Source: a virus
DNA: 64,000 nucleotides
Strand: one strand, 5' to 3'
IMG/VR virus record: IMGVR_UViG_3300013014_000024
Span: 1-64,000 of that record
Below, one piece after another: positions 50,992 through 59,453 of the stretch. The notes under the pieces were generated by a model. That model worked only from the letters and a program-made list of their open reading frames with translations, was not told where the DNA came from and did no database searches. The position numbers and the translations under genes were made by a program. Numbering within the stretch: position 1 is the stretch's first letter; the number at the start of each line of letters is the position of its first letter.

Positions 50992-51084
50992 TTAACAATA
51001 GTTTATGGTTCGGGACTTTCCACGTCTCGTATTAACCAAGTTCTCATACGTAATCATCATATCCAAAAGACTACATTTTATCAT
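50992..51084 (-). CDS. putative 30-aa leader peptide
   Basis: MIKCSLLDMMITYENLVNTRRGKSRTINYC; ATATTTAT upstream; terminator 20 nt downstream. Confidence 0.5.
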   Translation of the reverse strand: MIKCSLLDMMITYENLVNTRRGKSRTINYC

Positions 51085-51147
51085 AACAATAAATATCCAA
51101 AATATTTTTGGAAAATCAAAATAGTTTATTACATTTGTAATCAATTA

Positions 51148-51183
51148 GGACTTGTAGCTCAGACGGTTAGAGCAGGAAACTCA
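51148..51183 (+). pseudogene. orphan 5' half of a tRNA (CAU type) truncated in the anticodon loop
   Basis: GGACTTG TA GCTC AGACGGTTA GAGC A GGAAA CTCA then breaks off. Confidence 0.75.
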
Positions 51184-51221
51184 ATAAAACTATATAATAA
51201 TATATTTATAAATAAAAATAT

Positions 51222-51887
51222 ATGGAATGTAAATATTGTGAAAAATCTTGCAAAAATCGTAATAGTTTGATAAACCACGAGAGGTTATGTAATTTTAATA
51301 CTAACAGACAAATTATGGTAAGTAATTTAATAAATTACAATATTAAACGAAAGGAGTTAAAACTAAAAGGTACTAATCAATATATTAAATCCGAAAAATT
51401 AGGCTTACCAAAACCAATAGTTTCAGAAGAAACAAAGAAAAAAATATCTCAGAAAAAAAAAGGTATCAAATATTCTGAAGAACAAAAAATTAGATGGTCA
51501 GAAATAATGAAGTTGGCGGTTCAGAAATATCCGGAAAGTTATACTAAAAATAATGTAGTTGGGAGAGTTAAGAATATTGATTATAAAGGTATTAAATTAA
51601 AAGGTAGTTGGGAAGTTTTGGTTGCAAAATGGTTAGATAATAATCATATTGTTTGGGAACACGAAACAAAGTGTTTTGATTACGTTTGGAATGGAAATAG
51701 GAAATATTATCCTGATTTTTATCTACCTGATTTTAACATTTATATAGAAGTAAAAGGATATGAAACAGAAAGAGATTTGGAAAAATGGAAAAATATTCCT
51801 AATTTAGTTGTGTTCAAGTTAAATGAAATAAATCAAATAAAAAATAATCCTTTAGGACTCTTATCGGCTCTCGCTCATAACGAGTAG
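51222..51887 (+). mobile_element. homing endonuclease (Zn finger + NUMOD3 + PD-(D/E)XK)
   Basis: C..C..H; KGSWE; YYPDFYL...IEVKG. Confidence 0.85.
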
Positions 51888-51931
51888 AAACCGTAATTGG
51901 TTACATACAGGTTCAAGTCCTGTAGAGTCCA
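51855..51931 (+). ncRNA. D-armless tRNA-like RNA with CAU anticodon
   Basis: GGACTCT/AGAGTCC, CTCG-CTCATAA-CGAG, ACAGG-TTCAAGT-CCTGT. Confidence 0.65.
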
Positions 51932-51947
51932 CTAAATTTTTTTAAAA

Positions 51948-52322
51948 ATGTCATACAATCATTATCAAAACGAGTTGAATAAAATAGACCGTTCGGTTTC
52001 AAGAATGTTTTTAGTACTAACAATTACCGTGTCATCTTTGGTTATAATGTCGTCAGGATATTATTTATTAAATTTTAATTCAAAAAAAGAAATGAGTGGT
52101 ATAAATACGGTTACAAACAAAGTGGACACCGTATTAGTAAATCAATCTTCAATTGGAAGTAATTTAGAGTTAATTAATCAAAAACTAGATGAGAGTCTCC
52201 TTAATAATGAAATGGTTATGGATTCTATTGTTACAATTAAAAATGGTATTAGTAGGATTAATTATTCTGTAGGTAAAGTGAGCAAAAATATAGACACGAT
52301 TGTTCTTTACATAAAAAAATAA
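51948..52322 (+). CDS. TM + coiled-coil protein
   Basis: One TM. Confidence 0.7.
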   Translation: MSYNHYQNELNKIDRSVSRMFLVLTITVSSLVIMSSGYYLLNFNSKKEMSGINTVTNKVDTVLVNQSSIGSNLELINQKLDESLLNNEMVMDSIVTIKNGISRINYSVGKVSKNIDTIVLYIKK

Positions 52323-52393
52323 TTAATTTTAAATTAATCGTTTAGTTTCAAGGGGTTTATTATTATTTATATAATAAACCCCTTTTTTATTAC

Positions 52394-53449
52394 ATGAAAA
52401 AAAACAAAATACTCTTCATTTTAAAAAGAAGAGAGGATTATAATCCTGATAAACATTCCCATGTCGGTTTAAGTACTGGCTTATATAATTCTGCATCTTT
52501 CATGAATAATATGTTAGTTGATGCAGGATTTGAATCAAATTTAGTTGTTGTTACTGATAACAATGATATTGACAGAGAAGTAACAAAGTATAAACCAACA
52601 CATGTAATTATTGAGGCTCTGTGGGTTGTTCCAACAAAGTTTAATGTTTTAACTGAATTACACCCAAATGTTAAATGGGTGATTCGTTTACATAGTGAAA
52701 TGCCATTCTTGGCAAATGAAGGAATGGCGATTGATTGGATTGGAGACTATGTTAATTTTGAAAACCTTATTATTGGTGTTAATGCCCCAAGAGCATTAGA
52801 CGAAGTTAAATATTTTATCAAATCATCAACAGGTTGGAGTGATTCCCAAGTAGATGAAAAAATAATATACCTTCCTAATTATTATCCTGAAGCGGTTATT
52901 CGTAAAAAATATGAATTAGATAGTGAATATGTTAACATTTCTTGTTTTGGGGCAATCAGACCTTTAAAAAATCACATAATTCAAGCAATAGCCGCAATAA
53001 AATTTGCAGAAAAAATTGGTAAAAAATTAAGGTTTCACATCAATGGAGGCAGAATTGAAATGAAAGGAGAACCTGTCATGAACAATTTGAAAGCCTTATT
53101 TTTGCATGTTTCAGATAGAGGACATCAACTTGTTAAACATGAATGGACACCAAGAGAAGAGTTTTTAAAGATTTGTGCTCAAATAGACATAGGTATGCAA
53201 GTTTCATTCTCTGAGACTTTCAATATTGTCGGAGCCGATTTAATAAGTCAAGGAGTTCCTTTGGTTGGTTCCGTAGAAATACCTTGGATAGAACAAAAAT
53301 TTGCAGCACCTGCAACAGAAACTGAAATTATTTATGAAAAATTGTTACTAACAAATAGGAAATCTAAAAAAAATGTTGAGTCCAATCAATATTTATTAAA
53401 TAGATATACAAATAAATCCAAAAAAATATGGCTGAAGTATTTTAGCTGA
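52394..53449 (+). CDS. glycosyltransferase (GT-B, GT4-like)
   Basis: FGAIRPLKN, SFSETFNIV.AD. Confidence 0.8.
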   Translation: MKKNKILFILKRREDYNPDKHSHVGLSTGLYNSASFMNNMLVDAGFESNLVVVTDNNDIDREVTKYKPTHVIIEALWVVPTKFNVLTELHPNVKWVIRLHSEMPFLANEGMAIDWIGDYVNFENLIIGVNAPRALDEVKYFIKSSTGWSDSQVDEKIIYLPNYYPEAVIRKKYELDSEYVNISCFGAIRPLKNHIIQAIAAIKFAEKIGKKLRFHINGGRIEMKGEPVMNNLKALFLHVSDRGHQLVKHEWTPREEFLKICAQIDIGMQVSFSETFNIVGADLISQGVPLVGSVEIPWIEQKFAAPATETEIIYEKLLLTNRKSKKNVESNQYLLNRYTNKSKKIWLKYFS

Positions 53450-53454
53450 AAATT

Positions 53455-53673
53455 ATGAAAAACGAAAAATCATTTAAAGTTAAGTTTGTTGAATGGAAGA
53501 GAGGGATTTTTTCCATTGCAGAAAAAATGTTTAGTTGTGAGGAAGATGCTGTAAAAGAGTCAGAAAAGTATAATGGTCAAGTTAAAATATATAACTCAAA
53601 AGGTCATTTAATTAAAAACAAACCTGAAAAACAGAAAGAGGATAAAAAACACAATGAAGATTCTTATTGTTGA
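53455..53673 (+). CDS. hypothetical protein
   Basis: ORF. Confidence 0.65.
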   Translation: MKNEKSFKVKFVEWKRGIFSIAEKMFSCEEDAVKESEKYNGQVKIYNSKGHLIKNKPEKQKEDKKHNEDSYC

Positions 53674-53755
53674 TTTTTTTCAAATAATTTATTTATATTT
53701 GTAACGTAGTTTTTAATAGAATCACACTATAACGTTGACATTTACAAATAAAATT

Positions 53756-54109
53756 ATGGCACATCCAAACATTCATGCAAAATCATCTGTTAAAAAATTT
53801 GGTGGAAAACCTGAAGATTATATCCATTTACATGAGTGGTTAGACGAAACAAAGGCTTGGTTTGGTGATTCACTTCATAGAATGTTTAGACATCATAGTG
53901 AAGGCATTTTTGAAATGGAAAAAAGGTTTGGGACTGAGTTTAAAAACTCTGATGGAAAGACCGTATACACTAGATATGTAGGAGAACAACATGTAAAAGA
54001 AGATTGTTACAATTACATTCCTTCCGCAAAAGAATGGGTAGAGAATATTACAAAAAATCAGAGACCCCAATGGATGATGAGGACTGTTAAACTTGAATTT
54101 GAAGATTAA
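53756..54109 (+). CDS. DUF6915-like protein
   Basis: HP..HA.SS..KFGG..DY..H.W.D...RHHSEGIF. Confidence 0.75.
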   Translation: MAHPNIHAKSSVKKFGGKPEDYIHLHEWLDETKAWFGDSLHRMFRHHSEGIFEMEKRFGTEFKNSDGKTVYTRYVGEQHVKEDCYNYIPSAKEWVENITKNQRPQWMMRTVKLEFED

Positions 54110-54126
54110 ATACTATATTTATTACT

Positions 54127-54843
54127 ATGGAAAAAAATTTTATGTCAGAAGAAGATAAAGTGGTGCTTCGCAAGGTTGCAAAATACATTAAATCAAACAA
54201 TATTAATTCTGGAATTATTGAAATAGTAAATGACTTTTATCATGACCCTCAAAGAGCTCTTAATAATGTGGGAAATTTTAGTAATCATTGGGGTGTTGAA
54301 GTACCTAACTTTTTTAAACATTATTTGGGTGAAATAATTGAAAGGGTACTGTCAAAAGTTGATTATTTGGATGAGGATGATGTTAATTATGACAACATAG
54401 AAATTGAAATAATTGCAGATAGTTCTATGTTAGAGGTTACTCGTCATTGGGGTTATGAACAACCTGGGGATAGCCGTGGTTTAACTTGGGGTGATGATAC
54501 TGAAGATACTGAATTAGTTAAAAGACTTATGGATGAAATAAGAGAATCTGGTGCAAGACCTGATAGTAATGGTATATTACAATTAGACTATAGTGGTGGT
54601 GGTGATAGTGGTTATATTGAATCGTCGTTTGTTGATGGTGGAAGAGTTCCTGCAAATATTGAAGATTGGTGTTATGAGGTGCTAGAAAACAATTACGGAG
54701 GTTGGGAAATTAATGAGGGGTCTCAAGGTTACTTTGTTTTTGATACACGAAAAAATACAATTGAGTTAGAGCTTACTTACAATGAATTGACTGAAGAAAC
54801 CGAAAACATTTTATCAGTTTATTTTGGAAAACCAAAAGAATAA
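54127..54843 (+). CDS. DUF6878-like protein
   Basis: YSGGGDSG.IE...GWEINEGSQG. Confidence 0.7.
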   Translation: MEKNFMSEEDKVVLRKVAKYIKSNNINSGIIEIVNDFYHDPQRALNNVGNFSNHWGVEVPNFFKHYLGEIIERVLSKVDYLDEDDVNYDNIEIEIIADSSMLEVTRHWGYEQPGDSRGLTWGDDTEDTELVKRLMDEIRESGARPDSNGILQLDYSGGGDSGYIESSFVDGGRVPANIEDWCYEVLENNYGGWEINEGSQGYFVFDTRKNTIELELTYNELTEETENILSVYFGKPKE

Positions 54844-54866
54844 TATTACATTTGTATTGTATAGAT

Positions 54867-54952
54867 ACCAGGGTGTCGTAAAGGTAGCCGAGGAGGACTT
54901 AAAATCCTTTGGACAGAAAAAGTCCGTGCGGGTTCGAATCCCGCTCCTGGTA
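54867..54952 (+). tRNA. tRNA-Leu(UAA)
   Basis: Cloverleaf, GAGGA-CTTAAAA-TCCTT, long V arm. Confidence 0.9.
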
Positions 54953-54991
54953 CACTTGACTTTTTATATTTTTTAGACTATTTATTATAAC

Positions 54992-55087
54992 ATGAACAAC
55001 AGAGTGAAACATATTGTCATTAATAAACAACAATTTGGTTGTTGGTTTCGCAATATGCTCAAACGTAGTTCATCATTAGTTAGTTAA
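54992..55087 (+). CDS. putative 31-aa leader peptide upstream of tRNA operon
   Basis: MNNRVKHIVINKQQFGCWFRNMLKRSSSLVS; TATTTAT upstream; terminator follows. Confidence 0.5.
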   Translation: MNNRVKHIVINKQQFGCWFRNMLKRSSSLVS

Positions 55088-55109
55088 GTTCCTGAAGACT
55101 TATATACAT

Positions 55110-55148
55110 AACCCCGGACTACAGAAATGAGTTCGGGGTTTTTTTTTT
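55110..55148 (+). terminator. terminator/attenuator hairpin
   Basis: AACCCCGGACT/AGTTCGGGGTT + T-run. Confidence 0.85.
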
Positions 55149-55149
55149 G

Positions 55150-55160
55150 GTTCTTTGAAA
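55150..55160 (+). promoter_or_regulatory. boxA-like antitermination motif (second copy ~56493)
   Basis: GTTCTTTGAA before tRNA-Ile and tRNA-Asn. Confidence 0.45.
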
Positions 55161-55186
55161 TATTGGTTGTAAATTTGTAAAACAAT

Positions 55187-55258
55187 TGTCTCGTAGCTCA
55201 GTGGTAGAGTTCTATTCTGATACGATAGATGTCGTCGGTTCGATTCCGACCGAGACAA
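55187..55258 (+). tRNA. tRNA-Ile(GAU)
   Basis: Cloverleaf, CT GAT AC loop. Confidence 0.9.
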
Positions 55259-55263
55259 CATTT

Positions 55264-55336
55264 GGTAATCAAGCTAACTTAGTAGAAGCGCTAGACTGAA
55301 AATCTAGAAGAGTTGGAGCGTAACCAACGATTACCA
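55264..55336 (+). tRNA. tRNA-Phe(GAA), atypical T-loop
   Basis: CTAGA-CTGAAAA-TCTAG; T-loop AGCGTAA. Confidence 0.8.
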
Positions 55337-55386
55337 CAAAGGTCCGTTCCTTTTTAAAAACCGTTGGTTGTAACATAAGAACAGGA

Positions 55387-55488
55387 TGTTAGGTAGTGGA
55401 TATGTAAGCGGGCTCAAGCTCGGTAAGTCAAAAAGGTTATGATTCTCTTTACGAGACCACGTTGTCGGTTCGAGTCCGACCTTAACAA
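55387..55488 (+). ncRNA. tRNA-like RNA with expanded D region
   Basis: TGTTAGG/CTTAACA, GTCGG-TTCGAGT-CCGAC. Confidence 0.55.
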
Positions 55489-55501
55489 CAAAAAATAAAA
55501 T

Positions 55502-55687
55502 ATGAAAGTAGAAATAAAATTTGATAGTACGGATATATGTCCGTATCTTTACGAAGGTTCAGTACTACAACATGTGAGAGAGACAAAGAAAAATTATATC
55601 GGAATTTTTTCATCATTTGCAGGGTCTTATGAAGTAAAGGTTCCAAAAAAACGAGCTAAAATATTAAAAGATGAAAGCAATACTTGA
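55502..55687 (+). CDS. hypothetical protein
   Basis: ORF in tRNA cluster. Confidence 0.6.
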   Translation: MKVEIKFDSTDICPYLYEGSVLQHVRETKKNYIGIFSSFAGSYEVKVPKKRAKILKDESNT

Positions 55688-55904
55688 ATTTAACTTACCT
55701 GATGACCAACAAGATTTTGAAATGGCTAGTAATGCTATGAAATTTTGGTCTGTATTGTATGAGTTGGACCAAGACCTCAGGTCTAAAACCAAATATGCCC
55801 CTGATAGCTTGCCACAAGACAAATATGATGCATATGAGGAAGTTAGGGAAATGTTGCATGAGCTGATGAGAAATGAAAACATCAGTTTGGATATGGTGAG
55901 ATAA
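55671..55904 (+). CDS. hypothetical phage protein
   Basis: MKAILEFNLPDD. Confidence 0.75.
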   Translation: MKAILEFNLPDDQQDFEMASNAMKFWSVLYELDQDLRSKTKYAPDSLPQDKYDAYEEVREMLHELMRNENISLDMVR

Positions 55905-55917
55905 AAAAATAGATATT

Positions 55918-56133
55918 ATGGAGAGAACATTTAATAGTGATGATTTATCTTGGATTGCACTAAGCTTATTAGAATATAGTCGTTCAATGGAGTATGAAGG
56001 TGATTTCAGTGATTGTGGTAATGAAATTGGGAATATGGTTGGACTTAGATATAAAAATATGACTGAGGGTGAGATTGAAGATTTCATTACGGGAATAAGA
56101 CATGGGATTTCATTAACAAATGGAACTCATTAA
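55918..56133 (+). CDS. hypothetical protein
   Basis: ORF. Confidence 0.65.
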   Translation: MERTFNSDDLSWIALSLLEYSRSMEYEGDFSDCGNEIGNMVGLRYKNMTEGEIEDFITGIRHGISLTNGTH

Positions 56134-56139
56134 AATAAT

Positions 56140-56210
56140 GGTCGGGTGGCCGAGTGGTTAGGCTGAAGTCTGCAAAACTTCCTACCCCAGTTCAAATCTG
56201 GGTCCGACCT
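56140..56210 (+). tRNA. tRNA-Cys(GCA)
   Basis: GAAGT-CTGCAAA-ACTTC; U73. Confidence 0.92.
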
Positions 56211-56217
56211 CAAAAAT

Positions 56218-56303
56218 ACGTGTGTGGCCGAGAGGTTTAGGCAACAGTCTCCAAAACTGTACGGACGAAAGTCCTAACGTGGGTTCGAATCCTACCATAC
56301 GTG
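56218..56303 (+). tRNA. tRNA-Trp(CCA) with long variable arm
   Basis: ACAGT-CTCCAAA-ACTGT; GGAC-GAAA-GTCC V arm. Confidence 0.85.
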
Positions 56304-56503
56304 CAAAAGGTTGATTGGGGAATGGGATATCGCAACCTGATGATGGAGGTTGGAGATTCTCGGAGTTGAAATCATCAAGTAATGCCAATCGTAAAAGGAG
56401 TTGTCCACTCGACCATCTTCTCCTTTCCTAACTTTTGGAAGTATTGTTTATTTTGAGTTATCCGCGGTTTGAGTATAGATACTCAACAATTAGTTCTTTG
56501 AAT

Positions 56504-56588
56504 TGCTTCGTTGCCGTAGTGGCCGAACGGTCCAGACTGTTAATCTGGTGTGTAAAAACCATCGTAGGTTCGAATCCTACCGAAGCAG
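56504..56588 (+). tRNA. tRNA-Asn(GUU) with long variable region
   Basis: CCAGA-CTGTTAA-TCTGG. Confidence 0.85.
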
Positions 56589-56673
56589 CTTTAAATACGG
56601 AGATAAAAAAATAAAACTATACAAAGTATAGTTTTAGGGTTCAACTTACATATTTATATGTAAAGACTTAGTT

Positions 56674-57303
56674 ATGAAACATTGTGTAAAATGTAATAGA
56701 GAATTTGAACCAAAAAAGGGCCTCATAAATTATTGTAGTTTAGAGTGTAGAAACAGTAGAAGTTGGACAGAAAATGACAAAATTAAAAAATCTATTTCAG
56801 CAAAAAATTCAGATAAAGTAAAAATTGCAAATAAAAAAATAGGTTTATTAAATCATGAAAAGGCCACAATAAAAACTATGTGTCTACATTGTCAAGAACT
56901 AATAGTTCACACTAGATGGAAATCAAGAAAATATCACAAAGAATGCTGGTTGAAGTCATCTGGGGGATATAGGGAAAATTCAACTGTAAAACACAAATGT
57001 TTTTATAAAGGGGTTTGTATGGATTCTGGCTCTGAAAAAGAATTTGCCATAAAATGTGATGAACATAATATTGCTTGGGAAAAAAACAATATAATATACT
57101 TTGAATACATAGGGGTTGATGGTAAAAAACATAAATATTATCCTGATTTTTATATAAAAAAAAGTAATAAATGGGTTGAAATAAAAGGAAAATTATATGG
57201 TGAAAAAGATGTAAATTTGGAAAAAAAATTATTGTCAGTAGATAACATTATTTTGATATATTCTAAAGAAATTAAAAAATTTGATTTTGGTCTATTGGTG
57301 TAA
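56674..57303 (+). mobile_element. free-standing endonuclease (Zn fingers + PD-(D/E)XK) in tRNA cluster
   Basis: C..C..YCS..C; DSGSE; YYPDFY...VEIKG; stop lies inside tRNA-Asp. Confidence 0.85.
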
Positions 57304-57361
57304 GGGCTAACATGTCGCACTGTCGATGCGAAGACTCTCGGTTCGAATCCGTGATAGACCG
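57289..57361 (+). tRNA. tRNA-Asp(GUC)
   Basis: TCGCA-CTGTCGA-TGCGA. Confidence 0.88.
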
Positions 57362-57364
57362 CAG

Positions 57365-57618
57365 TGAGTAAGAGATACTCAGAGTCTTTAATCCAAGACT
57401 TAAACAATGGGTAGATGTTTGGTAGTATCAGTCGTAAATGACTACTCATGGGAATAACGTTGATAAACCTATCCTCGCCCAGTAAAGGTTGACAGGTTTT
57501 TATGTGGTAAGACACTAATGAAAAAGACCTAATTCATGAGGTAACTATATGGGTTATCAAACAGATATAGGGGATATGGTTCTCGAACAGTCAGAGAAAC
57601 CCGTTAAAATCTACTCAT
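57365..57618 (+). ncRNA. candidate ~250-nt structured ncRNA
   Basis: ORF-free, TGAGTA/TACTCA closing stem, multiple hairpins, between tRNAs. Confidence 0.4.
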
Positions 57619-57641
57619 CATCAATCTCATGATGGGGACAT

Positions 57642-57714
57642 GCGGAAGTAGCTCATTCGGTAGAGCACAACCTTGCCAAGGTTGGGGTGGCCAGTTCGAG
57701 CCTGGTCTTCCGCT
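57642..57714 (+). tRNA. tRNA-Gly(GCC)
   Basis: CAACC-TTGCCAA-GGTTG. Confidence 0.95.
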
Positions 57715-57764
57715 CAAGGGGTGGTGGGAACCCATGAATATGTGATGAATATATACCCACAAAT

Positions 57765-57838
57765 GCGGATTTCGCCTAGTTGGTATGGCATCACACTTCC
57801 AATGTGAAATAGGGTCGGTTCGAGCCCGATAATCCGCT
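57765..57838 (+). tRNA. tRNA-Gly(UCC)
   Basis: TCACA-CTTCCAA-TGTGA. Confidence 0.9.
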
Positions 57839-57894
57839 CAAGTGGGCCTTTGTGGACGGCCGAAAGGAAAATAGGTTTTTTTCATCCACTATAT

Positions 57895-58019
57895 GGTCAG
57901 GTGGCGGAATTGGTATACGATGAAAAACTGCAATGAGGTAGGTCGAACCTCACATTAAACAAAAAAGGCATCAACGCAGGAGTGCGGAAGCGTTGCAGGT
58001 TCGAATCCTGTCCTGACTA
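57895..58019 (+). ncRNA. tRNA-Leu-scaffold RNA with expanded central region
   Basis: GGTCAGGTGGCGGAATTGGTA...GCAGGTTCGAATCCTGTCCTGACTA. Confidence 0.7.
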
Positions 58020-58144
58020 CAGACTCTCGTCTATTGCTGTGAATAGAACTGACGAGAACCATTGAGGGACACAGACCTTATGAATGGTGGTTTAGGGCGA
58101 AGATAGCACCCCTATCACGAAGAGTACCTAAGCTCTTTAAACAT

Positions 58145-58303
58145 AGTCAGGTGGCGGAATGTTATTAACCCGTTCTAGACGTAAAAATAATGTGGTTAAA
58201 ATCCACTACGGGGTCAATGTAACTTGGTAGACGCTCGCTAGAAGGTGCGGTTAGTCAACGATAAGGTAAAGCTAACATACAGGTTCAAATCCTGTCCTGA
58301 CTA
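58145..58303 (+). ncRNA. tRNA-Leu-scaffold RNA with ~65-nt D-loop insertion
   Basis: AGTCAGGTGGCGGAAT[insert]TTGGTAGACGC...ACAGGTTCAAATCCTGTCCTGACTA. Confidence 0.7.
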
Positions 58304-58556
58304 CACGTTCCGTCTAATCAACGGATAGTTCAATCCTGAACGATGAGAAATGGTGTGATAACCATATGGGTCAGTTCACCCTGAGTGGGGCGGTAAAGGG
58401 TACGGTTGACTGCCGTTAGATTGTATCTACAAAAGTCTATTCCTAACCTGTATGATAGAGAGTTGGTTGTATTAACACACCTTCATCAAAAATGCTAAAC
58501 TCTTTCTTAGGGACAGCCATAATACCTGTAAGTTGGATAAATTAGGGTGTTAGTTT

Positions 58557-58629
58557 GGTCTTATAGTATAATGGATTAATACACTTCGATACGGACGAAG
58601 AAATTTGGGTTCAAATCCTAATAGGACCT
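58557..58629 (+). tRNA. tRNA-Arg(ACG)
   Basis: CTTCG-ATACGGA-CGAAG. Confidence 0.88.
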
Positions 58630-58634
58630 CATAT

Positions 58635-58711
58635 GGTGGATATAGCTTAATTGGTAGAGCACTAGCTTGTGGCGCTAGTTGTTGCGGGTTCGAGTCCCGC
58701 TATTCACACCA
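58635..58711 (+). tRNA. tRNA-His(GUG)
   Basis: G-1, CTAGC-TTGTGGC-GCTAG, encoded CCA. Confidence 0.92.
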
Positions 58712-58738
58712 TTTTTGATTTGCCGCATATTTATCAAT

Positions 58739-59188
58739 ATGGAAAAATTAACATTAACTAAAGAACAATTATTTAAGGCAATGTACTTAAATGAGGAGGA
58801 AAATAAAATTGAAATTAAAAGTAATTCGGGTTTCAAAAATATGGTCTCAGTTTTATTGCATTCACAAACTCAAGTACACATATTTCATTTACAAACTAAA
58901 TCATTTTCTGAACATAAAGCATTACAAAAATATTATGAAGAAATTGATGGTTTAGTTGATGGAATTATTGAAAGTTACCAAGGTAAATACGAAATTATTA
59001 AAAATTATGATTCTGTGAAAACTGAGGATTATAAAAGTCTTGACCAAGTAATTAACTATTTCAAATCATTAGATACTATGATTGAAAAGGTTAGAAAAAA
59101 TGTTAAAGAGTCATTTATTCAAAATCAAATTGATACTGTTCAAGAATTAATATACTCCACATTGTACAAATTAAGATTTTTAAAATAA
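58739..59188 (+). CDS. leader-bearing ferritin/Dps-like protein (DUF5856-like)
   Basis: HIFHLQT.S..EHKAL..YYE....D..IESYQG.Y. Confidence 0.8.
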   Translation: MEKLTLTKEQLFKAMYLNEEENKIEIKSNSGFKNMVSVLLHSQTQVHIFHLQTKSFSEHKALQKYYEEIDGLVDGIIESYQGKYEIIKNYDSVKTEDYKSLDQVINYFKSLDTMIEKVRKNVKESFIQNQIDTVQELIYSTLYKLRFLK

Positions 59189-59242
59189 TATTTGACTAAA
59201 TGGGATTTTCTCAGTATATTTACTTTATATAAAAACATAATT

Positions 59243-59404
59243 ATGAAAAAATTAGTCGCTTTCCTTGCAATTGTATCATTGGTATCATGTGGTGGAGATA
59301 GTTCCACAAATTCAAATGTAGACTCAACTGTAGTTGTAGATACTGTAATTGTTGATTCAACAGTGGTAGATTCAGTATCTGTTGATACTGTAGTTACTCA
59401 GTAA
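59243..59404 (+). CDS. small lipoprotein
   Basis: LVSC lipobox, VDS repeats. Confidence 0.75.
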   Translation: MKKLVAFLAIVSLVSCGGDSSTNSNVDSTVVVDTVIVDSTVVDSVSVDTVVTQ

Positions 59405-59453
59405 TTTTTAATTACTAAAAAGAAATTTAAAACCCATCCTAAGATGGGTTTTT

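Larger units (their letters stand above)
1538..55177. promoter_or_regulatory. Recurrent Bacteroidetes sigma-type promoters TAnnTTTG
   Basis: Near 1538, 3833, 7713, 11941, 20205, 22556, 51130, 53694, 54847, 55170 and minus-strand copies. Confidence 0.75.

Noticed and set aside
51184-51870. Group I intron in the tRNA anticodon loop
   Set aside because: Too little non-coding sequence for a ribozyme core, and the two halves do not form an anticodon stem
55387-55488. Possible ochre (UUA) suppressor tRNA that could explain in-frame TAAs at 4250 and 40856
   Set aside because: Loop CTTTACG has C37 and a poor stem, the D arm is abnormal, and TAA is the main stop codon here
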